This document shows positions 8,414-22,287 of a DNA stretch of 59,203 bases, in pieces. The notes beneath the pieces are model-generated. The model did no database searches. It saw only the letters and a program-made list of their open reading frames with translations, and was not told the DNA's origin. Each line of letters starts with the position of its first letter. Position 1 is the stretch's first letter. Source of the DNA: Xanthobacteraceae bacterium (lineage in GTDB: Bacteria > Pseudomonadota > Alphaproteobacteria > Rhizobiales > Xanthobacteraceae); NCBI GenBank assembly GCA_036491235.1, contig DASXCK010000472.1, positions 1 to 59,203 on the forward strand, read 5' to 3'. The translations under genes and the position numbers were made by a program.

Positions 8414-8442
8414 CTTGCGAGACCACAGTACCTTTCCCATCT
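8414..8442 (+). promoter_or_regulatory. RpoH (sigma-32)-type promoter candidate for the hsp20 gene
   Basis: CTTGCGA (8414-8420), N15, CCCATCT (8436-8442). Compares with E. coli CTTGAAA-N13-15-CCCCATNT and the alphaproteobacterial CTTG-N17/18-CYTATNT. It is about 90 nt upstream of the ATG. Confidence 0.45.
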
Positions 8443-8534
8443 CAACCTTGCGCGGGGCCATCCGGCCCGTGCGGTTCCACAGTGGTCCGGCCCTTGTGGC
8501 GGATCCACAGCATGTCGCTCAAGGAGGATATGCC

Positions 8535-8996
8535 ATGCGTACGTTCGATCTTACTCCCCTCTATCGCTCGACCGTCGGATTTGACCGGCTGTTCTCGATG
8601 CTCGACCAAGTCGCGGGCTTCGATAACAGCGCCTCAAGCTATCCGCCGTACAACATCGAGCGCACCGGCGATAACACCTACCGCATCACGCTTGCGGTCG
8701 CGGGGTTTGCCGAGACCGAGATTTCCATCGAGGCGAAGCAGAACACCCTGACGATCAAGGGCGAGAAGCCGGCCAAGGCCGACGAGAAAAAGGGCGAGGT
8801 GCTCTATCAGGGCATCGCGGGGCGCGCGTTCGAGCGCGTATTCCAGCTCGCCGAGCACGTCGAGGTCCGCGGCGCTTCGCTCGAGAACGGGCTCCTGCAC
8901 GTCGATCTCGTGCGCGAGGTCCCGGAAGCCGCGAAGCCGCGCCATATCCGCATCGCCAACGGCAACGCGAAGGCGATCGACGCCAAGGCTGCCTGA
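8535..8996 (+). CDS. Hsp20/alpha-crystallin family small heat-shock protein (IbpA-like)
   Basis: Internal ATG of ORF 7824..8996 behind a strong SD AAGGAGGA (8521-8528). [24 protein letters not shown]...[23 protein letters not shown]...GLLHVDL. Confidence 0.9.
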   Translation: MRTFDLTPLYRSTVGFDRLFSMLDQVAGFDNSASSYPPYNIERTGDNTYRITLAVAGFAETEISIEAKQNTLTIKGEKPAKADEKKGEVLYQGIAGRAFERVFQLAEHVEVRGASLENGLLHVDLVREVPEAAKPRHIRIANGNAKAIDAKAA

Positions 8997-9050
8997 AGAA
9001 TTGGCATCCTGACAGCCTGACAACGATCGGCTGAAGTCTCGCAAAGAGGG

Positions 9051-9083
9051 GCGCCCCGGGTTTTCCTGGGGCGCTTTTATTTT
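9051..9083 (+). terminator. Rho-independent terminator of hsp20
   Basis: GCGCCCCGGG-TTTT-CCTGGGGCGC (one G.U pair) followed by TTTTATTTT. Confidence 0.8.
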
Positions 9084-9164
9084 GCGCAGTTACTTTCAGC
9101 GCACAGTGTCATGCCCCATGCAGGCGGCGCAGCATTCAGTAGCAAGGTCGCGAGCGTTCGTGAT

Positions 9165-9203
9165 TACTGGATTGCCCGCTTTACGCAAAAGCGGGCGATG
9201 ACA
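9165..9203. repeat. REP-C half copy
   Basis: TACTGGATTGCCCGCTTTACGCAAAAGCGGGCGATGAC matches the right arm of the REP-C copies at 20432, 25151 and 33811. Confidence 0.6.
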
Positions 9204-9227
9204 GAATCGCGTGTCGTTCGTCCAACC

Positions 9228-9959
9228 CTAGTCCAGCGGCGCGACCGGCGGCATGGAGGCGCCGCCATTGCTGTGCGGCGTATCCGCGGGAGGTGCGGCA
9301 GGCGCCGGCTGCGTCGGCACCGGATTCTGCGGCGCGGGCGGAGCCAGCGGCGCCTTCTGCGGCTCGGCGCCCTTCGACGGTTCGACCGGAATCGAGCTGG
9401 TCGCTTCCATCACATAGGGACGCGGACGCGGCAGCGGCGTCGTGCTGCCGGGTGCCGGCGCTGCGGCCTGCGCAGCAGGGCTTGGTTGCGCACCCAGTTG
9501 CGTATTTGCCTGCGACGGCCGTGCGTGCGGCACGACGCGCGGCGGCATCGGCGGGCGCGGCCCTCCAAAGCCATAACTGTCGTACCTGTCGTCGCGCGGG
9601 CCGAATATGCGGCCGTAAACCGGCCCGCGATAAGCTCCGTAGCCCGGCTCGCCGTGGCCGGTCGCGCGCACCGACATGGTGCGACCCGTATAGGCATCGA
9701 TCACCAGCCGATATTCGACGTCATTGCGATCGAGCGCGCGCAGCACATAGGTGTCGCCCTGGCGCATCGGACGGAAGAGCGGATCGAAGCCAGACGCGCG
9801 CGCCATGCGGGCGACGCGGTAGGGCGGCAGCGGCGGATATCCGCGCGGCATCGCCTCCGGCCGCGTGGGGGCAGACATAGGCATGGGCGACTGGGCCGAC
9901 GCGATGCCGGCGAGCGCAATCGAAGCGCCGCAGGCGAGCAGCAGCGTGCGAAGTTTCAC
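9228..9959 (-). CDS. Secreted PepSY-like domain protein with a long proline-rich C-terminal tail
   Basis: C-terminal 243 codons of the composite ORF 9228..11213. GTG start behind GGGGAGAG. Signal peptide VKLRTLLLACGASIALAGIASAQS, PepSY-like GDTYVLRALDRNDVEYRLVIDAYTGRTMSV, then a P/A/Q-rich tail. Confidence 0.55.
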   Translation of the reverse strand: MKLRTLLLACGASIALAGIASAQSPMPMSAPTRPEAMPRGYPPLPPYRVARMARASGFDPLFRPMRQGDTYVLRALDRNDVEYRLVIDAYTGRTMSVRATGHGEPGYGAYRGPVYGRIFGPRDDRYDSYGFGGPRPPMPPRVVPHARPSQANTQLGAQPSPAAQAAAPAPGSTTPLPRPRPYVMEATSSIPVEPSKGAEPQKAPLAPPAPQNPVPTQPAPAAPPADTPHSNGGASMPPVAPLD

Positions 9960-10096
9960 GGATGACTCTCCCCATCGAATGCAATTTGTTATTGCCCACA
10001 GGACACCGCGCGATTGCGGCGCCCCTGGGGCGGTTGATTCATGTATTCGGTGCCCGCCCTCGCCGGCAGAGCGGTATCCGCTGCTGCCCAAAGACG

Positions 10097-11149
10097 CTAA
10101 CCGCCGGCGACATCCACGAAACGATCGACTTCCACCTCGGTCGTGGCGAACGACGTGACGAGGCGCGCGAGCACGTCGCCCGGCTTGATCGTGATACCGG
10201 TGGGGACGCCATCGCTCGGGCGCGCGTAATAGCTGGCGCCGGCGGCGCGCAGACGCACATCGGCCGCCGCCGGCAGCACGACGAATACAATGTTGGCGTC
10301 GACCGGCCACACCGGGGGCAGCGCGTGTTTGGTGAGGCCGCGCGCGAGGCGGTCGGCTAGGCCGTTGGCGTGGCGCGCCCATGCGAGCCAGTTGCCGTCG
10401 GCCAGAAAGCCATCGAACTGCGCGGCGACGAAGCGATGCTTGGAGACAAGATGGCCGCCGCGCTTGCGTCGCTCGTGCATCGCGTCGGCGCTCGCGCGAT
10501 CGAAGATCACGATCGCCTCGGCTGCCATCGCGCCGCCCTTGGTGGCGCCGAATGAGAGAATGTCTACGCCGGCCTGCCACGTCATCGCGGCGGGGCTCAC
10601 GTTGGTGCGCGCCAGCGCATTGGCGAAGCGCGCGCCGTCCATATGAAGCTTCAGGCCGCGCGCGTGCACGATATCGGCCAGCGCCTTGACCTCGGCAGCG
10701 GTGTAGATCGTGCCGGCCTCGCTGGCCTGGCTGATGGAGACGGAGGCGGCCTGGACCGCATGCGGCCGGTGGCCGGTGTGCCGCGCGATCGCGTCGGCGA
10801 GCGTTCCGGGCGCGAGCTTGCAGCCCTCGCCGGAAAGCCCGATGAGCTTGAGCGCGCCGCCGAAGAATTCCGGCGCCCCGCACTCGTCGACCATGATGTG
10901 CGCCTCGGCGTGGCAGAGCACGCCGCCCCACGGCGGCGTCACATGGGCGAGCGCAAGCGCGTTGGCGGCCGTGCCGGTCGCGACGAGAAAGACCGCGGTA
11001 TCGCATTCGAACAGCTCGCCGATGCGGCGCTCGACCACGCGGGTGAGATCGTCGTTGCCGTAGCCGAGCGCGTGGCCGTGATTGGCCCGCGCGATGGCAT
11101 CGAGCACGGCGGGTGCAATTCCGGCCGCATTGTCGCTGGCGAAGTTCAT
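10097..11149 (-). CDS. ltaE: Low-specificity L-threonine aldolase
   Basis: ORF 10097..11149, 350 aa. MNFASDNAAG..., YGNDDLT, ATGTAANALAL, the PLP-lysine region ILSFGATKGG, and SFATTEVEVDRF. Confidence 0.85.
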   Translation of the reverse strand: MNFASDNAAGIAPAVLDAIARANHGHALGYGNDDLTRVVERRIGELFECDTAVFLVATGTAANALALAHVTPPWGGVLCHAEAHIMVDECGAPEFFGGALKLIGLSGEGCKLAPGTLADAIARHTGHRPHAVQAASVSISQASEAGTIYTAAEVKALADIVHARGLKLHMDGARFANALARTNVSPAAMTWQAGVDILSFGATKGGAMAAEAIVIFDRASADAMHERRKRGGHLVSKHRFVAAQFDGFLADGNWLAWARHANGLADRLARGLTKHALPPVWPVDANIVFVVLPAAADVRLRAAGASYYARPSDGVPTGITIKPGDVLARLVTSFATTEVEVDRFVDVAGG

Positions 11150-11310
11150 TCGAGGGTCTCCAATTTCGACAAGGGCGATTGGGGCGATCGCGGCAGGCGC
11201 GACAGTTGGGCAAAAGGGCAGCCGGTAGACCGGCCGCTTTCGACGTTATCCCTCAAACATGCCATGCTGCGGCGCAACGGGATTGCGCAACGTCACGGTC
11301 CGTGGTCCTC

Positions 11311-11342
11311 TTGTTGCCGCCAGGGAACCGCCGCGGCAACAA
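11311..11342. promoter_or_regulatory. Perfect 10-bp inverted repeat TTGTTGCCGC-N12-GCGGCAACAA
   Basis: Lies in the ltaE/gltB divergent gap, 47 bp upstream of the sigma-54-like element. There is no T-tract on either strand, so it looks like a protein-binding site rather than a terminator. Confidence 0.35.
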
Positions 11343-11388
11343 AAGGGTCGCAAAACACGATTCAGGGGATGGCGAACCCTTGTTTCCG

Positions 11389-11405
11389 TGGCAGAATTTT
11401 GGCAT
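11389..11405 (+). promoter_or_regulatory. Sigma-54 (-24/-12)-like element TGGCAG-N5-TGGCAT
   Basis: GG and GC are spaced as in the consensus TGGCAC-N5-TTGCW. It is oriented toward gltB, about 260 nt upstream of the ATG at 11667. Confidence 0.35.
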
Positions 11406-11666
11406 GGTGAGTTAGGACAGTAATACTGCCCTATAACGACGGCCGGCGCCTGGCCGAGGTCATCCCGGCTGCTGGGCGGGCGGGGATGCGCCGCAAGATG
11501 CCGACGGCATCAGAGCGCCGAACGAGCGGCCACATAGAACCGCCAGAATGGTGGACCGGCTGCCCGGCACGACACAAGTGGACCTTGTACTGCACGCCAT
11601 ACGGCGCAGCGGATGAGGTGGGTGCGCCAACGGCTGCGGCCGCGGGCGGGAGGCGAAGGACGCGAG

Positions 11667-16415
<4,749 letters not shown>

Positions 16416-16520
16416 TCGCGGTCACTTCGCGGCGCGCGGCTTCCTCACCCGCGCCACACCGCTAACAGCGCCGCACGCTGGCGCACGGAACGACTGAGAT
16501 TTGAGACGTTAAGAAGCAAG

Positions 16521-17954
16521 ATGGGCAAGGTCACCGGGTTTCTCGAGTTCGATCGCATCGACCGCGACTACGCGCCGGTCGAGGAGCGCGTGCGCCACTG
16601 GCGCGAGTTCGTGCTGCCGCTTGCCGAGAAGGAGACGCGCGAGCAGGCCGCGCGCTGCATGAACTGCGGCATCCCGTACTGTCACACCGGTTGCCCGGTG
16701 AACAACCAGATCCCGGATTGGAACGACCTCGTCTATAGCGGCGACTGGAAAACGGCGGCGCGCAACCTGCATTCGACCAACAATTTCCCCGAGGTCACCG
16801 GCCGCGTGTGCCCGGCGCCGTGCGAAGCCTCGTGCACGCTCAACCTCGACGACAATCCGGTCACCATCAAGACGATCGAATGCGCGGTCGCCGATAAAGC
16901 CTACGAGCAAGGCTGGATCGTGCCGGAGCCGCCGGCGCAAAAGACCGGCAAGCGCGTCGCGGTCGTTGGCTCCGGCCCGGCCGGGCTCGCCTGCGCGCAG
17001 CAGCTCGCGCGCGCCGGCCACGACGTGCACGTCTACGAGAAATTCGCCAAGGCCGGCGGCCTGCTGCGCTACGGCATTCCCGACTTCAAGATGGAGAAGC
17101 ACTACGTCGACAAGCGCGTCGCGCAGATGGAAGGCGAAGGCGTGACCTTCCACTACGGCGCGCATGTGGGCGTGAACGTGCAGGCCGATAAGCTCGTCGC
17201 CGATTACGACTCGGTGGTGCTCGCGGGCGGCGCCGAGAAGGGCCGTGACCTGCCGATCCCGGGCCGCGACCTCAAAGGCATCCACTACGCCATGGAATTT
17301 TTGCCGCAGCAGAACCGTCGCGTGTCAGGCGAAGCGGCACCGGCCGGCGACCTTCCGCCGATCCTCGCCAAGGACAAGCATGTGATCGTGATCGGCGGCG
17401 GCGACACCGGGTCGGACTGCATCGGCACATCAATCCGCCAGGGCGCGCTGACGGTGACCAATTTCGAGATCATGCCGATGCCGCCCGAGAAGGAGAACAA
17501 GCTGCTGACTTGGCCGGACTGGCCGCTCAAGCTGCGCACCTCGTCGAGCCACGAGGAAGGGGCGAAGCGCGAGTTCTCGGTGCTCACCCAGAAATTCACC
17601 GGCGAGAACGGCCAGGTGAAGAAGCTGCACTGCGTGCAGGTCGACGCGAAGTTCAAGCCGGTGCCGGGCTCGGAATTCGAGATCGACGGCGATCTCGTGC
17701 TGCTCGCGATGGGCTTCGTGCACCCGGTGCACGACGGCATGATCCAATCGCTCGGGCTGACGCTCGACGCGCGCGGCAGCGTCAAGGCCGATACCGAAGG
17801 CCCGCAGAGCTACAAGAGCTCGCTCGATAAGGTTTTTGCCTGCGGCGACATGCGGCGCGGCCAGTCATTGGTCGTCTGGGCGATCCGCGAGGGACGGCAG
17901 ACCGCGCATGCGGTCGACAAGTTCCTGATGGGATCGACGCTGCTGCCGCGGTAA
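16521..17954 (+). CDS. gltD: Glutamate synthase (NADPH) small subunit
   Basis: ORF 16521..17954, 477 aa. [10 protein letters not shown] and CPAPCEASC Fe-S motifs, and a [14 protein letters not shown] dinucleotide fold. It lies directly downstream of gltB. Confidence 0.95.
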   Translation: MGKVTGFLEFDRIDRDYAPVEERVRHWREFVLPLAEKETREQAARCMNCGIPYCHTGCPVNNQIPDWNDLVYSGDWKTAARNLHSTNNFPEVTGRVCPAPCEASCTLNLDDNPVTIKTIECAVADKAYEQGWIVPEPPAQKTGKRVAVVGSGPAGLACAQQLARAGHDVHVYEKFAKAGGLLRYGIPDFKMEKHYVDKRVAQMEGEGVTFHYGAHVGVNVQADKLVADYDSVVLAGGAEKGRDLPIPGRDLKGIHYAMEFLPQQNRRVSGEAAPAGDLPPILAKDKHVIVIGGGDTGSDCIGTSIRQGALTVTNFEIMPMPPEKENKLLTWPDWPLKLRTSSSHEEGAKREFSVLTQKFTGENGQVKKLHCVQVDAKFKPVPGSEFEIDGDLVLLAMGFVHPVHDGMIQSLGLTLDARGSVKADTEGPQSYKSSLDKVFACGDMRRGQSLVVWAIREGRQTAHAVDKFLMGSTLLPR

Positions 17955-17961
17955 TCTCCCG

Positions 17962-18066
17962 GTCATTGCGAGGCCAGCGAAGCTGGCTGAAGCAATCTCG
18001 ATCCGCAAACGCATGCGCCTGTTGAGCGAGATTGCTTCGGCGGGCTTCGCCCCCCTCGCAACGACG
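17962..18066. repeat. REP-A copy 3
   Basis: GTCATTGCGAGG...GAAGCAATCTCG...GAGATTGCTTCGG...CCTCGCAACGACG, immediately after the gltD stop. Confidence 0.75.
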
Positions 18067-18085
18067 TAGTTCTCAGGAGAGCGCC

Positions 18086-19057
18086 TTGCCGATCTCGCGC
18101 CGCACGCTTCTCACGACCACTCTCGCCTCCGGCGCGATGCTGCTCGCGGATGCTACGCGCGCTTCCTATCCGGAGCGGCCGATCCGGCTGATCGTTCCGT
18201 TCCCACCGGGCGGCGCCGTCGATCCTGTCGCGCGCTTCATCGGCGAAGCACTGCATGATCGCCTCAGCCAGCCCATCGTCAGCGTCAACCGCGGCGGTGG
18301 CGGCGGCAGCCTCGGCATGGACGAGGCCGCGAAGGCGCCCGCTGACGGCTACACGATCGTGCTCGATCACAGCGGCATGGCCTACATGCCGGGACTCTAC
18401 AGCAACCTGCCGTTCGATCCGGTGAAGGATTTTGCGCCGATCATCACGGCGGTGGCGGGCTTTTACGTGCTGGCCGTGAATCCCGCCCTACCGGTCAAAT
18501 CGGTGGCCGACCTCATCGCCTACGCCAAGGCCAAGCCGGGCAAGCTCAACTTCGGCTCGGCTGGCATCGGCTCGACCCTGCACCTTGCCGGCGAGATGTT
18601 GAAGCGCGAGGCGGGCATCGACATGCTGCACGTGCCCTATCGGGGCGGGGGTCCGGCGATCAAGGACCTCATCAGCGGCCAGATCCAGCTCATGTTCGCG
18701 CCTGCCGTCGCGATGCTGCCGCTCGCGAAGAGCGGCAAGGCGCGCGTGATCGCGCAGACGCCGGCGAAACGCTCGTCGCTCGCGCCGGACATTCCATCCG
18801 TTGCCGAGACGGTGCCCGGCTTCGACATCGTCGGCTGGTATGGTCTCGCGGCACCGGCCGCCACGCCGAAGGCCGACATCGAGCGGATCAACACCGAACT
18901 CAGCGCGGCACTCAAATCGCCGGCGCTGATCGAGCGGCTGCGCGAACTCTCCTACGAGCCGATCGGCGGGACGCCCGAGGAGGCGGCCGCGCGCATCAAG
19001 GCGGATGTTGCGCGCTGGACAAAGATCATCCGCGACGCCGGCATCAAAGCGCAGTGA
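18086..19057 (+). CDS. TctC/Bug family substrate-binding protein
   Basis: ORF 18032..19057. Its first 18 codons are REP sequence, so the TTG at 18086 behind GGAGAG is preferred. Tat-like ISRRTLLTTTLASGAMLLA, then YPERPIRLIVPFPPGGAVD. Confidence 0.85.
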   Translation: MPISRRTLLTTTLASGAMLLADATRASYPERPIRLIVPFPPGGAVDPVARFIGEALHDRLSQPIVSVNRGGGGGSLGMDEAAKAPADGYTIVLDHSGMAYMPGLYSNLPFDPVKDFAPIITAVAGFYVLAVNPALPVKSVADLIAYAKAKPGKLNFGSAGIGSTLHLAGEMLKREAGIDMLHVPYRGGGPAIKDLISGQIQLMFAPAVAMLPLAKSGKARVIAQTPAKRSSLAPDIPSVAETVPGFDIVGWYGLAAPAATPKADIERINTELSAALKSPALIERLRELSYEPIGGTPEEAAARIKADVARWTKIIRDAGIKAQ

Positions 19058-19064
19058 TCTCGCC

Positions 19065-20420
19065 GTGGATCAGAATCTCAAAACCGACGCGGTCACGCTG
19101 ACAAAAACCCTCGCCGCGCATCTTGCCGGTGTCGGACCATCCGATCTGACGGTGCCGGCACGCGCGGCCGCGCGGCGCGGCATGCTCGACTGGATCGGCT
19201 GCGCGCTCGCGGGCAGCGGGCATCCGGAGATCGACATTCTCGTCGCGGTGCTCAACGAGACCGGCGGGCGGCCGCAGGCGACCGTGCTCGGACGAAATCT
19301 CAGGCTCGGCCTGCTCGATGCGCCGCTCGCCAACGGGCAGATGGGTCACCTGCTCGACTTCGACGACACGCATATGGGCGGCGTCGTGCTGCACACGTCC
19401 TCGCCGGTGCTCGCCGCGCTCTTCGCGCTGGCCGAGCGCAGACCGGTCAGCGGTGAGGATCTGATGCTCGCCTACGCGGTCGGCTTCGAGGCCGGCGTGC
19501 GCGCCGGGCGCGCGGCGCCCGGCCATCACAAGGGCGGCTGGCACCTCACGGGCACGCTCGGCTCGATCGCGGCGGGCGCCGCCTGCGGCCGGCTTCTCGG
19601 CCTCGACGGGCAGCGGCTCACCTACGCACTCGGCATTGCGGCGACGCAGGCGGCCGGCATGCAGCAGAACCGCGGCACCATGTGCAAGTCGTTCCATGCC
19701 GGCAAGGCGGCGCAGAACGGCGCGCTTGCGGCGCTGCTCGCCGAACGCGGCTTCGACGCGAGCCAGGAGATCGTCGAGGGCAAGCGCGGCTTTTCACGCA
19801 TCTACAGCGACGTCGCGGCAACCGAGGCACTGACGGCAGACCTCGGCGGCCAATGGCTCATCGAGACGAACGGACACAAGCCCCATGCGTGCGGCGTCGT
19901 GCTGCATCCGTTGATCGACGCCGTGATCGCAATCCGCGCGCGCGAGCGCATCGATCTCGCGGCAGTCAGTGCAATCGAGCTGCGGCTGCATCCGCTGGTG
20001 CTGTCGATCACCGGCGTCACCGAGCCGACGAGTGGGCTGCAATCGAAATTCAGCTTCCGCCACTCGGCTGCGGTCGCGCTCGCGGACGCCGCGGCCGGCG
20101 TCGCGCAGTACTCGGACGAACGCGCCACCAACCCGGTCATTGGGGAGCTGCGTCGCAAGGTGACGGCGGTCGCGGACGAGACGCTGCGCAAGGACGAGGC
20201 CTATGCGACGATCGTCGCAGGCGGCGCGCGGCACGAGGTGCATGTCGCGCACGCGAGCGGCACCACCGACAATCCGATGAGCGACGCCGCGATCGAGGCG
20301 AAATTCCTCGCCAATGCGGCGCCGACGATTGGCGCCGAGCAGGCGCGCAAGGCGTGCGAGCTCGTCTGGTCCCTCGACAAGGTCGCCGACCTACGCGAGC
20401 TGATCGCGCTACTGGCGTGA
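19065..20420 (+). CDS. MmgE/PrpD family protein (2-methylcitrate dehydratase-like)
   Basis: ORF 19005..20420 trimmed to the GTG at 19065, 8 bp after the tctC stop. LDWIGCALAGSGHP, LDFDDTHMGGVVLHTSSPV and GWHLTGTLGSIAAGAA. Confidence 0.85.
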   Translation: MDQNLKTDAVTLTKTLAAHLAGVGPSDLTVPARAAARRGMLDWIGCALAGSGHPEIDILVAVLNETGGRPQATVLGRNLRLGLLDAPLANGQMGHLLDFDDTHMGGVVLHTSSPVLAALFALAERRPVSGEDLMLAYAVGFEAGVRAGRAAPGHHKGGWHLTGTLGSIAAGAACGRLLGLDGQRLTYALGIAATQAAGMQQNRGTMCKSFHAGKAAQNGALAALLAERGFDASQEIVEGKRGFSRIYSDVAATEALTADLGGQWLIETNGHKPHACGVVLHPLIDAVIAIRARERIDLAAVSAIELRLHPLVLSITGVTEPTSGLQSKFSFRHSAAVALADAAAGVAQYSDERATNPVIGELRRKVTAVADETLRKDEAYATIVAGGARHEVHVAHASGTTDNPMSDAAIEAKFLANAAPTIGAEQARKACELVWSLDKVADLRELIALLA

Positions 20421-20431
20421 CTATTTTGCAG

Positions 20432-20542
20432 CGTCATTGTGCGCAAAAGCGAAAGCTGGCAATCCGGCAATCACGATCCTCTCGAGAAAGCGATCGCCGA
20501 CGCCCAGGCGAACCGGGTTGCCCGCTTTCGGGGGCGATGACG
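20432..20542. repeat. REP-C copy (variant)
   Basis: CGTCATTGTGCGCAAAAGC...GGCAATCC...GGTTGCCCGCTTTCGGGGGCGATGACG. Confidence 0.65.
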
Positions 20543-20576
20543 GCGGCGGCCATCACCGGGGCCGAGCACAAGTCCG

Positions 20577-22145
20577 TCAATGGAAGAACGGGAAGAAGAA
20601 CGGCTGCGGCGCGGGCGCAATCCGCCGGGGCTGCGGCGGTGGGCTGGGCGCGCGTGCCTGGCGGACCGGAGCGACGCGATGCACCGGTGCGGGCGCGGCA
20701 GGACCGTTCGGCGCCGCTGCCGCCGGCGCGGACGCCACCTGGTGCGGCTCCTCGTACGGCTTCATCGGCGTCATCGGAATGGTCGTGGTCGCGACCAGGG
20801 GATCGGCGCCGACTGCCGCGACCGGGCGGCGCGGCCAAGCGAAGTCATCGGCGCGGCCCGCGGGCGCACGGTCCGGATCGCCACGCACCAAGACGCGCGC
20901 CGCCAGCGCGTCGGGCGCGGCCTGATGCGCGCCGGTCCCGCCGACGAGTTCGCTCGCCTCCGCAGGCGTGGTGAGCGGCATCACGGGACCCGCGAGCGGA
21001 CGCGCCATCGCGGCGCCCGGCCGCGGCGCCGACGTCTGCGGCGTCGCCGCCGGCTCGTCGGCGGCCGGCAAGGTCACCGGCGTCGCGTTCGCCATCAGGG
21101 CACGCTGGATCTCACGCTCGACGTAGTGGGCAAGCTTGCGCGCGCCGGCCGCCGTGAAGTGCGTGCCGTCACCCGAGCGCAGGCGGCGAATTTGTCCCTC
21201 GAAATCGGGGCCCTGCATGACGAACCGGCCCGACTCGTCGACGAAGCCGTCCCAGGTGTCGATGTAGGTGATGCCCGCCTTCTCGGCACGGCTGCGGTAG
21301 AGGTCGTTGAGGAAGCTGAAATCTGCAGAAGTCTTGGTACTACGCACCGGCGGCAAGCCGACCCAGAATACCGGCACGTTCTTCGATTTGAGTGCCGCAA
21401 TCGTCTCGTCGATCCGCTTGATGTAAAGCTCGGTCCACTTCTCGGAGCGGAACTCGTACGTGACCATGCCGGGTGTCGCGCGCTCGGACGCGGCGCCCTC
21501 CGGCATCTCGGACGGCTCCGCCTCGTTGGTGACGTCGTCCTTTTCGCCGTCCTTCTTCTCAGCCGCCTTGTCGTGCGTCGTGGACGGCGTCGCCGATTTG
21601 GCGGGCGCTTTTTCGTGGATCGGCCGACGGTCGTTGAGGCCGATCATCATCACGATGAAGTTCGCCTTGTCGGCGCTGAGGATCTCGCGCGCCGCCTGCG
21701 GCCAGTCCGGATATTCGCCGTGCGGATCGCTCTTCACCTCGATGTGGATCAGCCCCGAATAAGTACGGTGTCGGCGCAGGATGCCGATGTCGGGCGAATC
21801 GGCGGCGGCCTGCTCGAGGCCGTAGGCGAGCCAGTCGGCCATCGAATCGCCGAGCACCACCACCGAGGTGAGCGGCACCGAGTCGCTCTTGCGGGTCGGC
21901 GGCGGCGCCTTGGAATTGTACTCCGTCGGCGCGCGCGTGGAGCGACGCTCATCTCCGAAGAAGCCGCCATTATTGGTGCCGCCGCGGCGCGCGCGCTCCT
22001 CGAGGAACGGGAAGCGGTCATCGAACTGCTCGGCCGCGGTCGGGGTCGTGACCGCCGCGGCGAGCACGAAGGCCGCCGCGGCCTCGGCAAGGCCGAGCAC
22101 GAGAGCGCACAGGAAACGTCGCCAGACGATACCGCTCGCCATCAC
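20577..22145 (-). CDS. SGNH/GDSL hydrolase family protein (DUF459-like) with a Pro/Ala-rich C-terminal region
   Basis: ORF 20577..22145, 522 aa. N-terminal TM/signal, block I VVVLGDSMADWL, MMIGLNDR, and GDGTHFTAAGARKLAHYV. The last roughly 170 aa are low-complexity P/A. Confidence 0.75.
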   Translation of the reverse strand: MMASGIVWRRFLCALVLGLAEAAAAFVLAAAVTTPTAAEQFDDRFPFLEERARRGGTNNGGFFGDERRSTRAPTEYNSKAPPPTRKSDSVPLTSVVVLGDSMADWLAYGLEQAAADSPDIGILRRHRTYSGLIHIEVKSDPHGEYPDWPQAAREILSADKANFIVMMIGLNDRRPIHEKAPAKSATPSTTHDKAAEKKDGEKDDVTNEAEPSEMPEGAASERATPGMVTYEFRSEKWTELYIKRIDETIAALKSKNVPVFWVGLPPVRSTKTSADFSFLNDLYRSRAEKAGITYIDTWDGFVDESGRFVMQGPDFEGQIRRLRSGDGTHFTAAGARKLAHYVEREIQRALMANATPVTLPAADEPAATPQTSAPRPGAAMARPLAGPVMPLTTPAEASELVGGTGAHQAAPDALAARVLVRGDPDRAPAGRADDFAWPRRPVAAVGADPLVATTTIPMTPMKPYEEPHQVASAPAAAAPNGPAAPAPVHRVAPVRQARAPSPPPQPRRIAPAPQPFFFPFFH

Positions 22146-22287
22146 GGAGAATCCGAAAGCCAGAACAATACGTTGCGCGGGTCGGCCGGTTCCCGCCGAT
22201 ACCAGCGCTACGCGCTCATTGGGTTAATACCATGGCAAGCGCGGCAGCGGGAAGAAGGCCACAGAACGGATGGTTAGCGCGGCAGTC

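Noticed and set aside
8443-8534. A ROSE-type RNA thermometer in the hsp20 leader.
   Set aside because: The diagnostic terminal hairpin pairing U(U/C)GCU with the SD is absent. Only generic hairpins are present, so the region is reported merely as a structured leader.
9228-11213. A 661-aa minus-strand ORF spanning the PepSY-like gene and running antisense or out of frame across ltaE.
   Set aside because: Only the last 243 codons have a signal peptide, an RBS and protein-like composition. The upstream part is Arg/Ala/Gly-rich shadow sequence overlapping the well-supported ltaE frame, which is typical of high-GC DNA.
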